A DNA stretch of 64,000 bases from an uncultured Prochlorococcus sp. (GTDB taxonomy: Bacteria > Cyanobacteriota > Cyanobacteriia > PCC-6307 > Cyanobiaceae): assembly GCA_902620895.1 (NCBI GenBank), contig CACNJU010000005.1:20635-84634 (forward strand), in the 5' to 3' direction. The position numbers and the translations under genes are program-made. Shown in pieces: positions 51,625-59,842 of the stretch; position 1 is the stretch's first letter; every line of letters begins with the position of its first letter. The notes under the pieces were generated by a model. It made no database searches. It had not been told where the DNA came from and saw nothing but the letters and a program-made list of their open reading frames with translations.

Positions 51625-51807
51625 TTATTTTTTACCTATCCAATCATTAGGTTTATCCATCATCCATTCGAAAACCCCTTTAGCATCAAGGTTTTTAGAT
51701 GCATAAATAAATAAAACTGGAAATATTAAAATTACCGCGCCAATAACTGATAACTCTATCTTTCCGATCCCCATCTCAGTTACTGTTAAAGCAAAATAAT
51801 TAATCAT
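51625..51807 (-). CDS. Small single-TM hypothetical protein
   Basis: TM segment VIGAVILIFPVLFIY followed by GVFEWMM..PNDWIG. Confidence 0.65.
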   Translation of the reverse strand: MINYFALTVTEMGIGKIELSVIGAVILIFPVLFIYASKNLDAKGVFEWMMDKPNDWIGKK

Positions 51808-51978
51808 TATCTTTATTGAATTAAAATTAATATCTATATAATTTACAAAAAATTTTAATTCTTTCACTTTTCTATGAGAAATCTTAATTTTTTATAGTGA
51901 ATGATATTTGTATAAAGTACCTATTTTATTGGTGCAGACTTTTTAATAATTTTAATAATATGCTTCTGTTTTATGGTT

Positions 51979-52122
51979 ATGAATCATGAAATTATTATTT
52001 TCACACCTTTTTTTGCCGTATTGATTGGATTTATATTTTTTAGAATTTTTAAAAAAAGAAAGAGATCAGCTAAAAGTATTTATAAATTAATAGATGATTT
52101 AGAAAAAAAATACATTTACTAA
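51979..52122 (+). CDS. 47-aa single-TM microprotein (putative, not in ORF track)
   Basis: MNHEIIIFTPFFAVLIGFIFFRIFKKRKRSAKSIYKLIDDLEKKYIY; TM followed by a positive-inside cluster. Confidence 0.55.
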   Translation: MNHEIIIFTPFFAVLIGFIFFRIFKKRKRSAKSIYKLIDDLEKKYIY

Positions 52123-52140
52123 TTTCTTTTGTAGGAAAAA

Positions 52141-52437
52141 TCAATCAAATTCTATACCAACTTCTTCTTTTAAATCTCTATCCAAATCTGGAAGATGTGG
52201 TTCAACCCAATGGTCTTTGTTATCAATACCAGCTGCATTTACATAATTCATAATGTGTTGATCCACTTGCTTGTAAAGATCATGCAAATTTAAATCCATA
52301 CGAATATCATGCGCAATTTCAGAGACTTGTTTTTCAGTTAGACAATGATCCGGATGAAGTAAATCACAACATGGAATTCTCTTCTCAATCAATTCATTTA
52401 AATTGATTTTTATTTCGTAATCTTGATGAACAGTCAT
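52141..52437 (-). CDS. Acidic His/Cys-rich hypothetical protein
   Basis: 98 aa with CCDLLHPDHC motif; higher GC than flanks. Confidence 0.8.
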   Translation of the reverse strand: MTVHQDYEIKINLNELIEKRIPCCDLLHPDHCLTEKQVSEIAHDIRMDLNLHDLYKQVDQHIMNYVNAAGIDNKDHWVEPHLPDLDRDLKEEVGIEFD

Positions 52438-52530
52438 TTACTTTGTTTATTTAATTTTATTCTAATTATGTTTAAGGTTTTGTATATATTTAGTCAAGAA
52501 ACAAAGTTTTTTATTATGAAGTGAATAATC

Positions 52531-52680
52531 TTAAATAAATAGATCTTCTAAATCTTTATACAAATCATCATTTTCTTTTTCTTTAGGGTCAAGGTGATCT
52601 AGTGAAAGTTCTTTTTTTGAGTTGTAGAAAAGATATCCAATGGCTCCTAAAAGTAAGGTTGTTGGTAAAATCATTAGCAT
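52531..52680 (-). CDS. 49-aa single-TM microprotein (putative, not in ORF track)
   Basis: MLMILPTTLLLGAIGYLFYNSKKELSLDHLDPKEKENDDLYKDLEDLFI. Confidence 0.55.
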   Translation of the reverse strand: MLMILPTTLLLGAIGYLFYNSKKELSLDHLDPKEKENDDLYKDLEDLFI

Positions 52681-52702
52681 TTAATTGACTTATAATGAAT
52701 AT

Positions 52703-52735
52703 AGTGCAACACTTATTACAGTCAAGTGCTGAACT
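52703..52735. promoter_or_regulatory. Two AGT-N5-ACT operator-like motifs in a divergent promoter
   Basis: AGTGCAACACT (52703-52713) and AGTGCTGAACT (52725-52735), centres 22 bp apart. Confidence 0.45.
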
Positions 52736-52750
52736 TTAATTAATTTATAA

Positions 52751-53149
52751 ATGCCTACCAAGAAAAAAAGAGTTGGTTTTATCCCCAGAGAAGATGTTAT
52801 GAGAATAATTGATAAGTTGAGCATCGAAAACAATTTAAGTAATTCAAAAATAATAAGTATTTTGGTAGAGGAAGCACTTTCAATAAGGGGCATATTTAAT
52901 AAAAATAATGGTAAAGCAACCAAATCATTTCAAATGCTTGAAGCTCATTCGCAAACCGTATCTGATAATTCTGCTGACTTTATAGATAAATCAGAACCCT
53001 CAATCGATACTAAATTAGTAAATCATCTTAATCCAAGTAATTCTACTTATTTAAATGAAGTAAATAACGAGGCTTTTGAATTGAAAACTTATAAAAAGTT
53101 TTTATCATTCCTTAAATTTCAGGAGATGATGGAGAAATATAATACTTAA
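52751..53149 (+). CDS. Ribbon-helix-helix (CopG/Arc-like) DNA-binding protein
   Basis: KRVGFIP strand, VMRIIDKLS..NNLSNSKIISILVEEAL helices, then linker and C-terminal helix. Confidence 0.7.
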   Translation: MPTKKKRVGFIPREDVMRIIDKLSIENNLSNSKIISILVEEALSIRGIFNKNNGKATKSFQMLEAHSQTVSDNSADFIDKSEPSIDTKLVNHLNPSNSTYLNEVNNEAFELKTYKKFLSFLKFQEMMEKYNT

Positions 53150-53150
53150 A

Positions 53151-53184
53151 AGGTGTTGCTAAGTGCTGTACTGTGCGGTAAATT
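53151..53184 (+). promoter_or_regulatory. Sigma70-like promoter containing three 10-bp-phased GTGYKG repeats
   Basis: TTGCTA-N17-TAAATT; AGGTGTTGCT / AAGTGCTGTA / CTGTGCGGTA. Confidence 0.45.
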
Positions 53185-53276
53185 TAATTTGTATTTATTT
53201 GGATTTTCCGTATTAGAAATTATTAATCGACATTTCGAAAACCTAAATTTTATCTATCCATAAAATATTTATTCCT

Positions 53277-53591
53277 ATGAATTCATCTCTCCCAGGGTTA
53301 TCTGTAAATCTACTCCCTCCAGAGAAGTTACATTGTAATTTTAGTTATTGGAGTTCTTTATTCTCACAGGATATGCAAATTTTATGGGATAGAGCGCATG
53401 GAGTCCCTTTAGAAAAACTACCAAAAGGGGTTTCTGATATGATTTTTCCGTATTTATTACTTGCCCTTTCAGACTATAAGACTTCTCAAATAAATAAAAT
53501 GAATGGAATAGGATTAGATAATCTATTAAGTCTTTGGTTTGATAAATACTTATTAAATAAAAATGGTTATTTCGAACTGATTAAAAAATAA
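53277..53591 (+). CDS. Hypothetical protein
   Basis: 104-aa ORF with ATG and normal composition. Confidence 0.7.
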   Translation: MNSSLPGLSVNLLPPEKLHCNFSYWSSLFSQDMQILWDRAHGVPLEKLPKGVSDMIFPYLLLALSDYKTSQINKMNGIGLDNLLSLWFDKYLLNKNGYFELIKK

Positions 53592-53982
53592 TTTTTAAAT
53601 TAGCTCTTTTGATAACAAATATAATAATTTTCAATAATTTATTGCATCTAAAAACTTTTAGGTTATTATTTTCGGATTTGCGCATCAATAATCTTGCTAT
53701 GAAAAATTTAATTTTTTGAGGATGGTTTCTTTTTCGCAAATATGTTTATTTTCGTTCTGGTAATGCTAATCAGAAAAGATATAAAATTAAGAAAATAAGA
53801 TAAATGAAATTTATTTCAAAGACCATAAGCTTGATATTTAATCAATTATTTTGCTTTTTTATATTAATTATTTAAATTTTTAGTCTTTATTCATCAATTT
53901 AATTAACTTCAAAAATTTATATTCAAATTTGGTTGACTTTTATTGTTAATAAGATGATAATGACAAAAATAAATTTTTAATT

Positions 53983-54156
53983 TTGATTCCTCTTTCAGAT
54001 ACTTTTGATGATTTTGTCGATGATCTAATTTCATCTGATGTTAATCTGTTGAAAGGGGAACTTGATTTTCTACTTATGCAACATTTATTTAATTCTATTG
54101 ATTTGAAGACTATAAATAAAAATGAAACTAAATATGAGGAATCATTCGCTGCTTAG
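53983..54156 (+). CDS. 57-aa acidic microprotein ending in FAA (putative, TTG start)
   Basis: MIPLSDTFDDFVDDLISSDVNLLKGELDFLLMQHLFNSIDLKTINKNETKYEESFAA; TTGACT-N17-GATAAT upstream (53933-53961). Confidence 0.5.
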   Translation: MIPLSDTFDDFVDDLISSDVNLLKGELDFLLMQHLFNSIDLKTINKNETKYEESFAA

Positions 54157-54162
54157 TCTTTT

Positions 54163-54279
54163 ATGAAATTTTTTTATGAAAAGTTTTGGGTTCCAGTTTT
54201 TGGTTTTATCTTATCTAAATTTGTTTTTTTAATAGAAGGTAAAAAGGAAGACTCTAAAAATAAGAAAAAAATACATTAA
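54163..54279 (+). CDS. 38-aa hydrophobic microprotein with Lys-rich tail (putative)
   Basis: MKFFYEKFWVPVFGFILSKFVFLIEGKKEDSKNKKKIH; starts 6 nt after the previous stop. Confidence 0.45.
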   Translation: MKFFYEKFWVPVFGFILSKFVFLIEGKKEDSKNKKKIH

Positions 54280-54417
54280 TTACTTAGTTCTCGTCATTAA
54301 GTATTTTTAAATACATATTTTAAGACTATTTATTTTGATAACAACAAAAGTAGTGCTTTAAATTTATTAATACATGCATGGTTGAGATATAACGTAATTG
54401 CTTTTAAGCAAATTAAA

Positions 54418-54597
54418 ATGAATAAAAATAATATGTTGAAGCCATATACAGTACATTATCGTGATTTTCAAAATATAAGATTAGAAAATTGTTTTTATGC
54501 TTTTGATGCTTACGAAGCTAGAACATTGGCAATGGAATTTAATAAGTATATAAATGAGCATCCAAACAGTATTGACCTAATAAGATGTGAAAAATGA
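54418..54597 (+). CDS. Small conserved hypothetical protein
   Basis: PYTVHYRD...CFYAFDAYEAR...HPNSID; ATG at 54418 or 54433. Confidence 0.7.
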   Translation: MNKNNMLKPYTVHYRDFQNIRLENCFYAFDAYEARTLAMEFNKYINEHPNSIDLIRCEK

Positions 54598-54630
54598 AAA
54601 ATAATTTAGTAATTTAAAATAATAATCTAT

Positions 54631-55341
54631 TTAAACACTTAAGAATTTATCAATAACTGTTTGACTCAACTCAGAAGTATTACCGCTAGCAACAATACCT
54701 CCGCGTTGCATCGCATAATATCTATTAGCTTGTCTTACAAAATGCAAGTGTTGTTCAACTAATAAAACACCAATTCCTGTATCTTTAATTATCTGATTTA
54801 TAGCATTTTCTATGTCTAAAACTATATTTGGCTGAATACCTTCCGTTGGTTCGTCAAGTAACAGGAGCTTTGGTTTGCCAAGCAATGCTCTTGCAATAGC
54901 AAGTTGCTGTTGTTGTCCTCCGCTAAGATCTCCCCCTTTCCTTTGTAGAAAATCTTTCAGGATTGGGAAGAGATCATAAATAAATGGATCTATTTTTTTG
55001 TTTTTAGATAATCCACCAGGCAGAGACTCCATTCCTAACATAAGATTTTCTTCGACTGATAGATAAGGAATTATTTCTCTCCCTTGAGGAACGTAAGCCA
55101 TTCCTTTCCTCGCCCTCTGATGAGGTGCTTTTCTATTAATATTTTCGCCAATTAAATAAATATCACCTTTTTTTTGTTTTAGCAAACCAATAAGTGATTT
55201 CAATAAAGTTGTTTTACCTACACCATTTCTTCCAATCAAACAAACCATTTCTCCTGATTGAACATTTAAATCTACATCTCTGAGAATATGACTTTCGCCA
55301 TAATATGTATTCAATGATTTGATTTCCAGTAAGTTTTTCAT
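54631..55341 (-). CDS. urtE: Urea ABC transporter ATP-binding subunit
   Basis: GRNGVGKTT, YVPQGREI, LSGGQQQQLAI, DEPTEGIQP. Confidence 0.95.
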   Translation of the reverse strand: MKNLLEIKSLNTYYGESHILRDVDLNVQSGEMVCLIGRNGVGKTTLLKSLIGLLKQKKGDIYLIGENINRKAPHQRARKGMAYVPQGREIIPYLSVEENLMLGMESLPGGLSKNKKIDPFIYDLFPILKDFLQRKGGDLSGGQQQQLAIARALLGKPKLLLLDEPTEGIQPNIVLDIENAINQIIKDTGIGVLLVEQHLHFVRQANRYYAMQRGGIVASGNTSELSQTVIDKFLSV

Positions 55342-55343
55342 AA

Positions 55344-56093
55344 CTAATCCTCAGGCCTTCCTAGATAAACATCAATAACTTTTTGGTCCTTTTGTATAGT
55401 TTCCATTGTCCCCTCGCATAATACTGTGCCTTGATTTAATACTGAAACATTACTATCAAGTCTTCTTATAAATTCCATATCGTGATCTATTACCACTACA
55501 GTATTTTCTCCTGATAATGATTTTAATAAATCAGCTGTAAGATCAGTTTCTTCATCAGTTAAACCAGCAACAGGTTCATCAACTAACATTAAATCTGGCT
55601 TCTGTCCTACTAACATGGCTATCTCGAGCCATTGTTTTTGGCCATGTGATAAAGAACCAGCTTTAGAATTAACTTTTTGAGCTAAATTGACAATCTTCAT
55701 AAGACGTTCAATCTCATTAAGCTGTTCATCCTTAATACTTTTATTTATAAGGTTTAAGGGGCTTTTAGGCGTTGACACTGATATTTCAAGATTTTCTTTA
55801 ACAGTTAGATTTTCAAAGATTCTTGGGCTTTGGAACTTTCTTCCCACTCCAAGTCGAGCAATCTTATGCTCCTTTCTACCTATTAAAGATTTTCCTTTGA
55901 AAATTACTTCACCTTTTGTTGGCTTAACCTTTCCAGTTATTACATCAAGAAATGTTGTTTTACCTGCGCCGTTGGGTCCTATTACAGCTCTTAATTCTCC
56001 TTTCTTTAAATTTAAATTAAGTTTGTTGAGAGCTAAAAAACCCTCGAAACTAACAGTAATATCTATTAAATTTAGAAGATCTTTATTATTCAT
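55344..56093 (-). CDS. urtD: Urea ABC transporter ATP-binding subunit
   Basis: GPNGAGKTT, GRKFQ, LSHGQKQWLEI, DEPVAG. Confidence 0.95.
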   Translation of the reverse strand: MNNKDLLNLIDITVSFEGFLALNKLNLNLKKGELRAVIGPNGAGKTTFLDVITGKVKPTKGEVIFKGKSLIGRKEHKIARLGVGRKFQSPRIFENLTVKENLEISVSTPKSPLNLINKSIKDEQLNEIERLMKIVNLAQKVNSKAGSLSHGQKQWLEIAMLVGQKPDLMLVDEPVAGLTDEETDLTADLLKSLSGENTVVVIDHDMEFIRRLDSNVSVLNQGTVLCEGTMETIQKDQKVIDVYLGRPED

Positions 56094-57216
56094 TAATCTC
56101 CTCCTTATTGTTAACTTCTAAGCTTGGATAGGTTTCAATCTTTCTTTTCAAACCAAATCTTTGAAGAAGATTCCTAGGACCATCTCCTTGAATCCATCCT
56201 AAAACTCCTTCTGGAAGAGCTGTTACAACTAGAATAAATAACCCTCCTTGAATAAACATCCAGCTAGCAGGTAAAGCTTCACTTACTAGACTTTTTGCAT
56301 AATTGATTAAAACTGCTCCTAGTATTGCTCCCAATAAAGTTCCTCTCCCTCCAACTGCAACCCAAATAACCATTTCTATAGAAAAGGGAACTGTCATAAA
56401 TTGAGGTGATACTATTCCCGACTGAACAGTATATAAAGCACCCGAAATTCCAGCAAGGCCTCCGGCAATAGAAAATATTATCGTTTTGAATATTACTGGA
56501 TTGTATCCTGTAAACCGAACTCTTGGTTCATCATCTCGAATTCCTATAAGGATATTGCCAAATCTCCCTTTAACTACCCACTTTGCAAAAAACCATGATG
56601 CTATTACTAGTATGGCAGTAACCCAAAAGAATAGTCTTTGCATAGATTCTGAACCTACCATCTGACCAAATAGTTGTGTTACATCTGTCTTTAACCCATT
56701 TGTTCCATTTATAAGTTTTTGTTGTCCATTAAAGAAGTTAAAGAATACAAGAAGAGAAGCTTGAGTAAGTATAGAAAAATAAACTCCTTTGATTCTATTT
56801 CTGAAAACAAGAAATCCAATTAAACCAGCAACCAATGCTGGAATTATCCAGATAGCGAAGAAGGTAAAAACTGGTGATCTAAACGGTTCCCAGAAAAAAG
56901 GTAATTTTTCAACACCATATAAAGCAAAAAACTCAGGAATATTATTTGGAAATTCAGAGGAGCTGGTTATTTGCAAATACATTGCTGCACAATATCCACC
57001 TAGTGCAAAAAATATACCTTGTCCAAGACTTAGTAAACCTGTATATCCCCAGATAAGATCAACACCAAGTGCAACTATGGATAAGGATAAGTATCTACCA
57101 AGAAGGTTAAGTCTAAATACAGGGAGTAGAGTCGGTGCTGCAATAATTAGGGCTATTAATATTATCCAAAATGATAATACTATTTTTTTATCAAATTTAA
57201 TTTTACTAAAGGACAT
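56086..57216 (-). CDS. urtC: Urea ABC transporter permease
   Basis: DLIWGYTGLLSLGQG, IRDDEPRVRF, WVAVGGRGTL. Confidence 0.95.
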   Translation of the reverse strand: MSFSKIKFDKKIVLSFWIILIALIIAAPTLLPVFRLNLLGRYLSLSIVALGVDLIWGYTGLLSLGQGIFFALGGYCAAMYLQITSSSEFPNNIPEFFALYGVEKLPFFWEPFRSPVFTFFAIWIIPALVAGLIGFLVFRNRIKGVYFSILTQASLLVFFNFFNGQQKLINGTNGLKTDVTQLFGQMVGSESMQRLFFWVTAILVIASWFFAKWVVKGRFGNILIGIRDDEPRVRFTGYNPVIFKTIIFSIAGGLAGISGALYTVQSGIVSPQFMTVPFSIEMVIWVAVGGRGTLLGAILGAVLINYAKSLVSEALPASWMFIQGGLFILVVTALPEGVLGWIQGDGPRNLLQRFGLKRKIETYPSLEVNNKEEINE

Positions 57217-58370
57217 TAGTTTTCAACCATCCTTCCTTTTTGAGGAAATAAACCTGTAGGTTTAAATTGTAAGAATATAACAATTAGTGCAAATATCATT
57301 ACTCTTGCCATACTTGTTGTCGCGAAAAAGTTAATTGTGTTTGATAAAGGTAAAGGCATATCTGGCCATATTGATAAAAGTCTTCCAGCACCTATTAAAT
57401 CAGTCATTATTCCTATTCCAAATGAAGCAAGTACTGTTCCTAATAAATTTCCTACCCCTCCCAGAACTACAACCATAAAACAACCCACTATATAATTACC
57501 ACCAACATTTGGTCCTACAGAACCTAAAAGAGATACTGCTACTCCAGCAACTCCTGCTAGGCCAGATCCAATTCCAAAAGTAATTATATCCACTTTTTCA
57601 GTTGATATACCAAGGCAATCACTCATTTGTCGGTTCTGAGTAACTGCTCTTATTCGCATACCCCAAGCACTTTGATTAAGAAATAATGTTATTGCTACTA
57701 CGGAGATTAGTGTAATGATAATTATCATTAATCTTGTTTTAGGAAATGCAGTGCCAATAATTTCTACTTGACCTCTCATCCATGAGGGTGCTGTTACATC
57801 AACATTTCTAGCGCTTGCTCTACTAAGTTTGCTGACAGAGGATGAGATTACGCTTCCCGTAAGGACACCAGTTAAAGCAGCAAATATCCAAGAACTAAAT
57901 TTAAAATATTTGTAATTTATAGATTCTTTTATTTTTGAAGGGAATGTTGTTGGTAAGAATAAACCAATTAAAAGACTTATAACTAGACCAGTCCCATATG
58001 CTAAAGGTACACTTCTTACAAATTGTTGAAGAATTAAGCTTACGCCCCAAGTTGCGAGAAGCGTTTCTAGTGGACTTCCATAAAGTTTTCTTATTATAGT
58101 TTTTTCTAAGAGAATGCCTACTACACCACTAACAATAAAAGCAAGAAAAATTGAAACTATTATGTACGAATTGTAGAAAGGTTTTAGTACCGGTAATTTG
58201 AAAATTAATTGTGTTACATAAGTTGTGTAGGCCCCAAGCATCATAAGTTCTCCATGGGCAAGGTTTATTACACCCATAAGACCAAAAACAATTGCGAGAC
58301 CTAATGCAGCAACAAGAAGTACAGATCCAATTGCAACACCATTAAAAAGACTATCGAGAAGTAACTCCAA
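57216..58370 (-). CDS. urtB: Urea ABC transporter permease
   Basis: GLMGVINLAHGE, PLETLLATWG, FMVVVLGGVG. Confidence 0.95.
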   Translation of the reverse strand: MELLLDSLFNGVAIGSVLLVAALGLAIVFGLMGVINLAHGELMMLGAYTTYVTQLIFKLPVLKPFYNSYIIVSIFLAFIVSGVVGILLEKTIIRKLYGSPLETLLATWGVSLILQQFVRSVPLAYGTGLVISLLIGLFLPTTFPSKIKESINYKYFKFSSWIFAALTGVLTGSVISSSVSKLSRASARNVDVTAPSWMRGQVEIIGTAFPKTRLMIIIITLISVVAITLFLNQSAWGMRIRAVTQNRQMSDCLGISTEKVDIITFGIGSGLAGVAGVAVSLLGSVGPNVGGNYIVGCFMVVVLGGVGNLLGTVLASFGIGIMTDLIGAGRLLSIWPDMPLPLSNTINFFATTSMARVMIFALIVIFLQFKPTGLFPQKGRMVEN

Positions 58371-58398
58371 TTTAGAAAAAGAAAATATTTGATTATAT

Positions 58399-58432
58399 AA
58401 AATAAAAGGAGGTGTAAACCTCCTTTTATTTT
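58399..58432 (-). terminator. Perfect 15-bp hairpin between urtA and urtB (internal terminator / mRNA stabiliser)
   Basis: AAAATAAAAGGAGGT-GTAA-ACCTCCTTTTATTTT. Confidence 0.85.
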
Positions 58433-58453
58433 GAAGTATAGGTTTTAATTAGA

Positions 58454-59731
58454 CTAAAGCTTATACTTTTCTCCTTTTGAAGGATCTGTCCAGTCGCATG
58501 CAAATCCCTTTGAACTTGGATGCTTTTGGTTCCATGCTTGAGGAAGAACAACTCCTGTCTCTTCGAGGATTGTAAATCCACCCTCTGCATTAATCTCTCC
58601 AATTCTTACTGTTTGAGATAAATGGTGATTAGGCATAACTTCAACTGGACCTTGTGGGGCATCAAACTTTTGACCAACAAGGGCTTCCCTAACAGCGTTG
58701 TCGTCGAATGTGCCAGCATCTTCTACTGCCTGTTTCCATAGATAAACCATGTTATAAGCTGATTCTTGAGGGTCAGCTACAACACGATCAGCTCCCCATC
58801 TTTTCTTAAAACTTTTGGCAAATTTCTTTGATGCAGGAGTATCAATTGACATCATGTAGTTCCAAGCGCCGTAGTGACCTTCAAGGAACTCAGGACCAAT
58901 TGTACTAATCTCTTCTTCAGCAATTGAATAGTTCATTACGTAGTAGCCACTTGATGGTGTTATACCCGCATCTTGAATCTGTTTAAAGAATGCAACGTTT
59001 TGGTCACCATTAAGTGTATTAATGATTATTCCACCTTCAGGAAGGGCCTTTTTGATTTTTGAGATAATTGGAGCAACTTCAGTATTTCCTAATGGAAGAT
59101 AATCTTCACCAACTACTTTACCTCCTAACTGTTTTACCTGAGCTTTTGTGATTGTGTTGGATGTTCTTGGGAATACATAATCAGAACCTACAAGGAAGAA
59201 ATCTCCACCAGCAGCGGGAGAACGCTTGTACATGAAATCTGTAGCTGGTTCTGACTGTTGGTTTGGTGTGGCTCCTGTGTAAAAAATGTTGTTAGAACAT
59301 TCTTGTGCTTCATATTGGATTGGGTAGTAAAGGAAAGCATCCTTTGATTCGTAAACTGGTAGCATTGCCTTTCTACTAGCAGAGGTCCAACCACCAAATA
59401 CGACAGGGACTCCATCTTGGTCTATAAGTTTCTTAGATTTTTCAGCAAAAGTAGGCCAGTCAGATGCACCATCTTCAACTATGTATTCAATTTTGTAGCT
59501 TTTACCGCCAACTTTTACGCCACCAGCAGCGTTTATCTCTTCAATAGCCATTTTTTCAGTATCAACAAGGGTTGATTCAGAAATTGCCATTGTTCCAGAT
59601 AACGAATGCAAAATACCAACGGTTACTGTGTCGTCGAAACTTCCGGAGGTTCCACCTCCACCGCATGAAGTTGCTGTGACAGCAAGTGAGGCAGTAGCTA
59701 AACCTGCCAAAATACGCCTTGAAATTCTCAT
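58454..59731 (-). CDS. urtA: Urea ABC transporter substrate-binding lipoprotein
   Basis: Lipobox ATSC, LHSLSGTMAISE, WTSASRK, GSDYVFPRT, LNGD. Confidence 0.96.
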   Translation of the reverse strand: MRISRRILAGLATASLAVTATSCGGGGTSGSFDDTVTVGILHSLSGTMAISESTLVDTEKMAIEEINAAGGVKVGGKSYKIEYIVEDGASDWPTFAEKSKKLIDQDGVPVVFGGWTSASRKAMLPVYESKDAFLYYPIQYEAQECSNNIFYTGATPNQQSEPATDFMYKRSPAAGGDFFLVGSDYVFPRTSNTITKAQVKQLGGKVVGEDYLPLGNTEVAPIISKIKKALPEGGIIINTLNGDQNVAFFKQIQDAGITPSSGYYVMNYSIAEEEISTIGPEFLEGHYGAWNYMMSIDTPASKKFAKSFKKRWGADRVVADPQESAYNMVYLWKQAVEDAGTFDDNAVREALVGQKFDAPQGPVEVMPNHHLSQTVRIGEINAEGGFTILEETGVVLPQAWNQKHPSSKGFACDWTDPSKGEKYKL

Positions 59732-59780
59732 GAATTAGGATAAATTAGGTAATTGAACCCTCATTAGGGGGATAAAATAA

Positions 59781-59822
59781 AAGTTATTAATGAGTGGGGA
59801 TTAGTTTTGTATCAGTCGTAAC
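59781..59822 (-). promoter_or_regulatory. NtcA-activated promoter of urtA
   Basis: Minus strand GTTACGACTGATAC (59822-59809), 22 nt, then TAACTT (-10): canonical class II NtcA geometry. Confidence 0.85.
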
Positions 59823-59842
59823 TTTTTGTTGAATCCAATATA

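Noticed and set aside
53678-53705. TTTGCGCATCA-ATAATC-TTGCTATGAAA as a possible dif site
   Set aside because: Only the XerC-like arm resembles the consensus; the XerD arm TTATGTTAAAT is not matched
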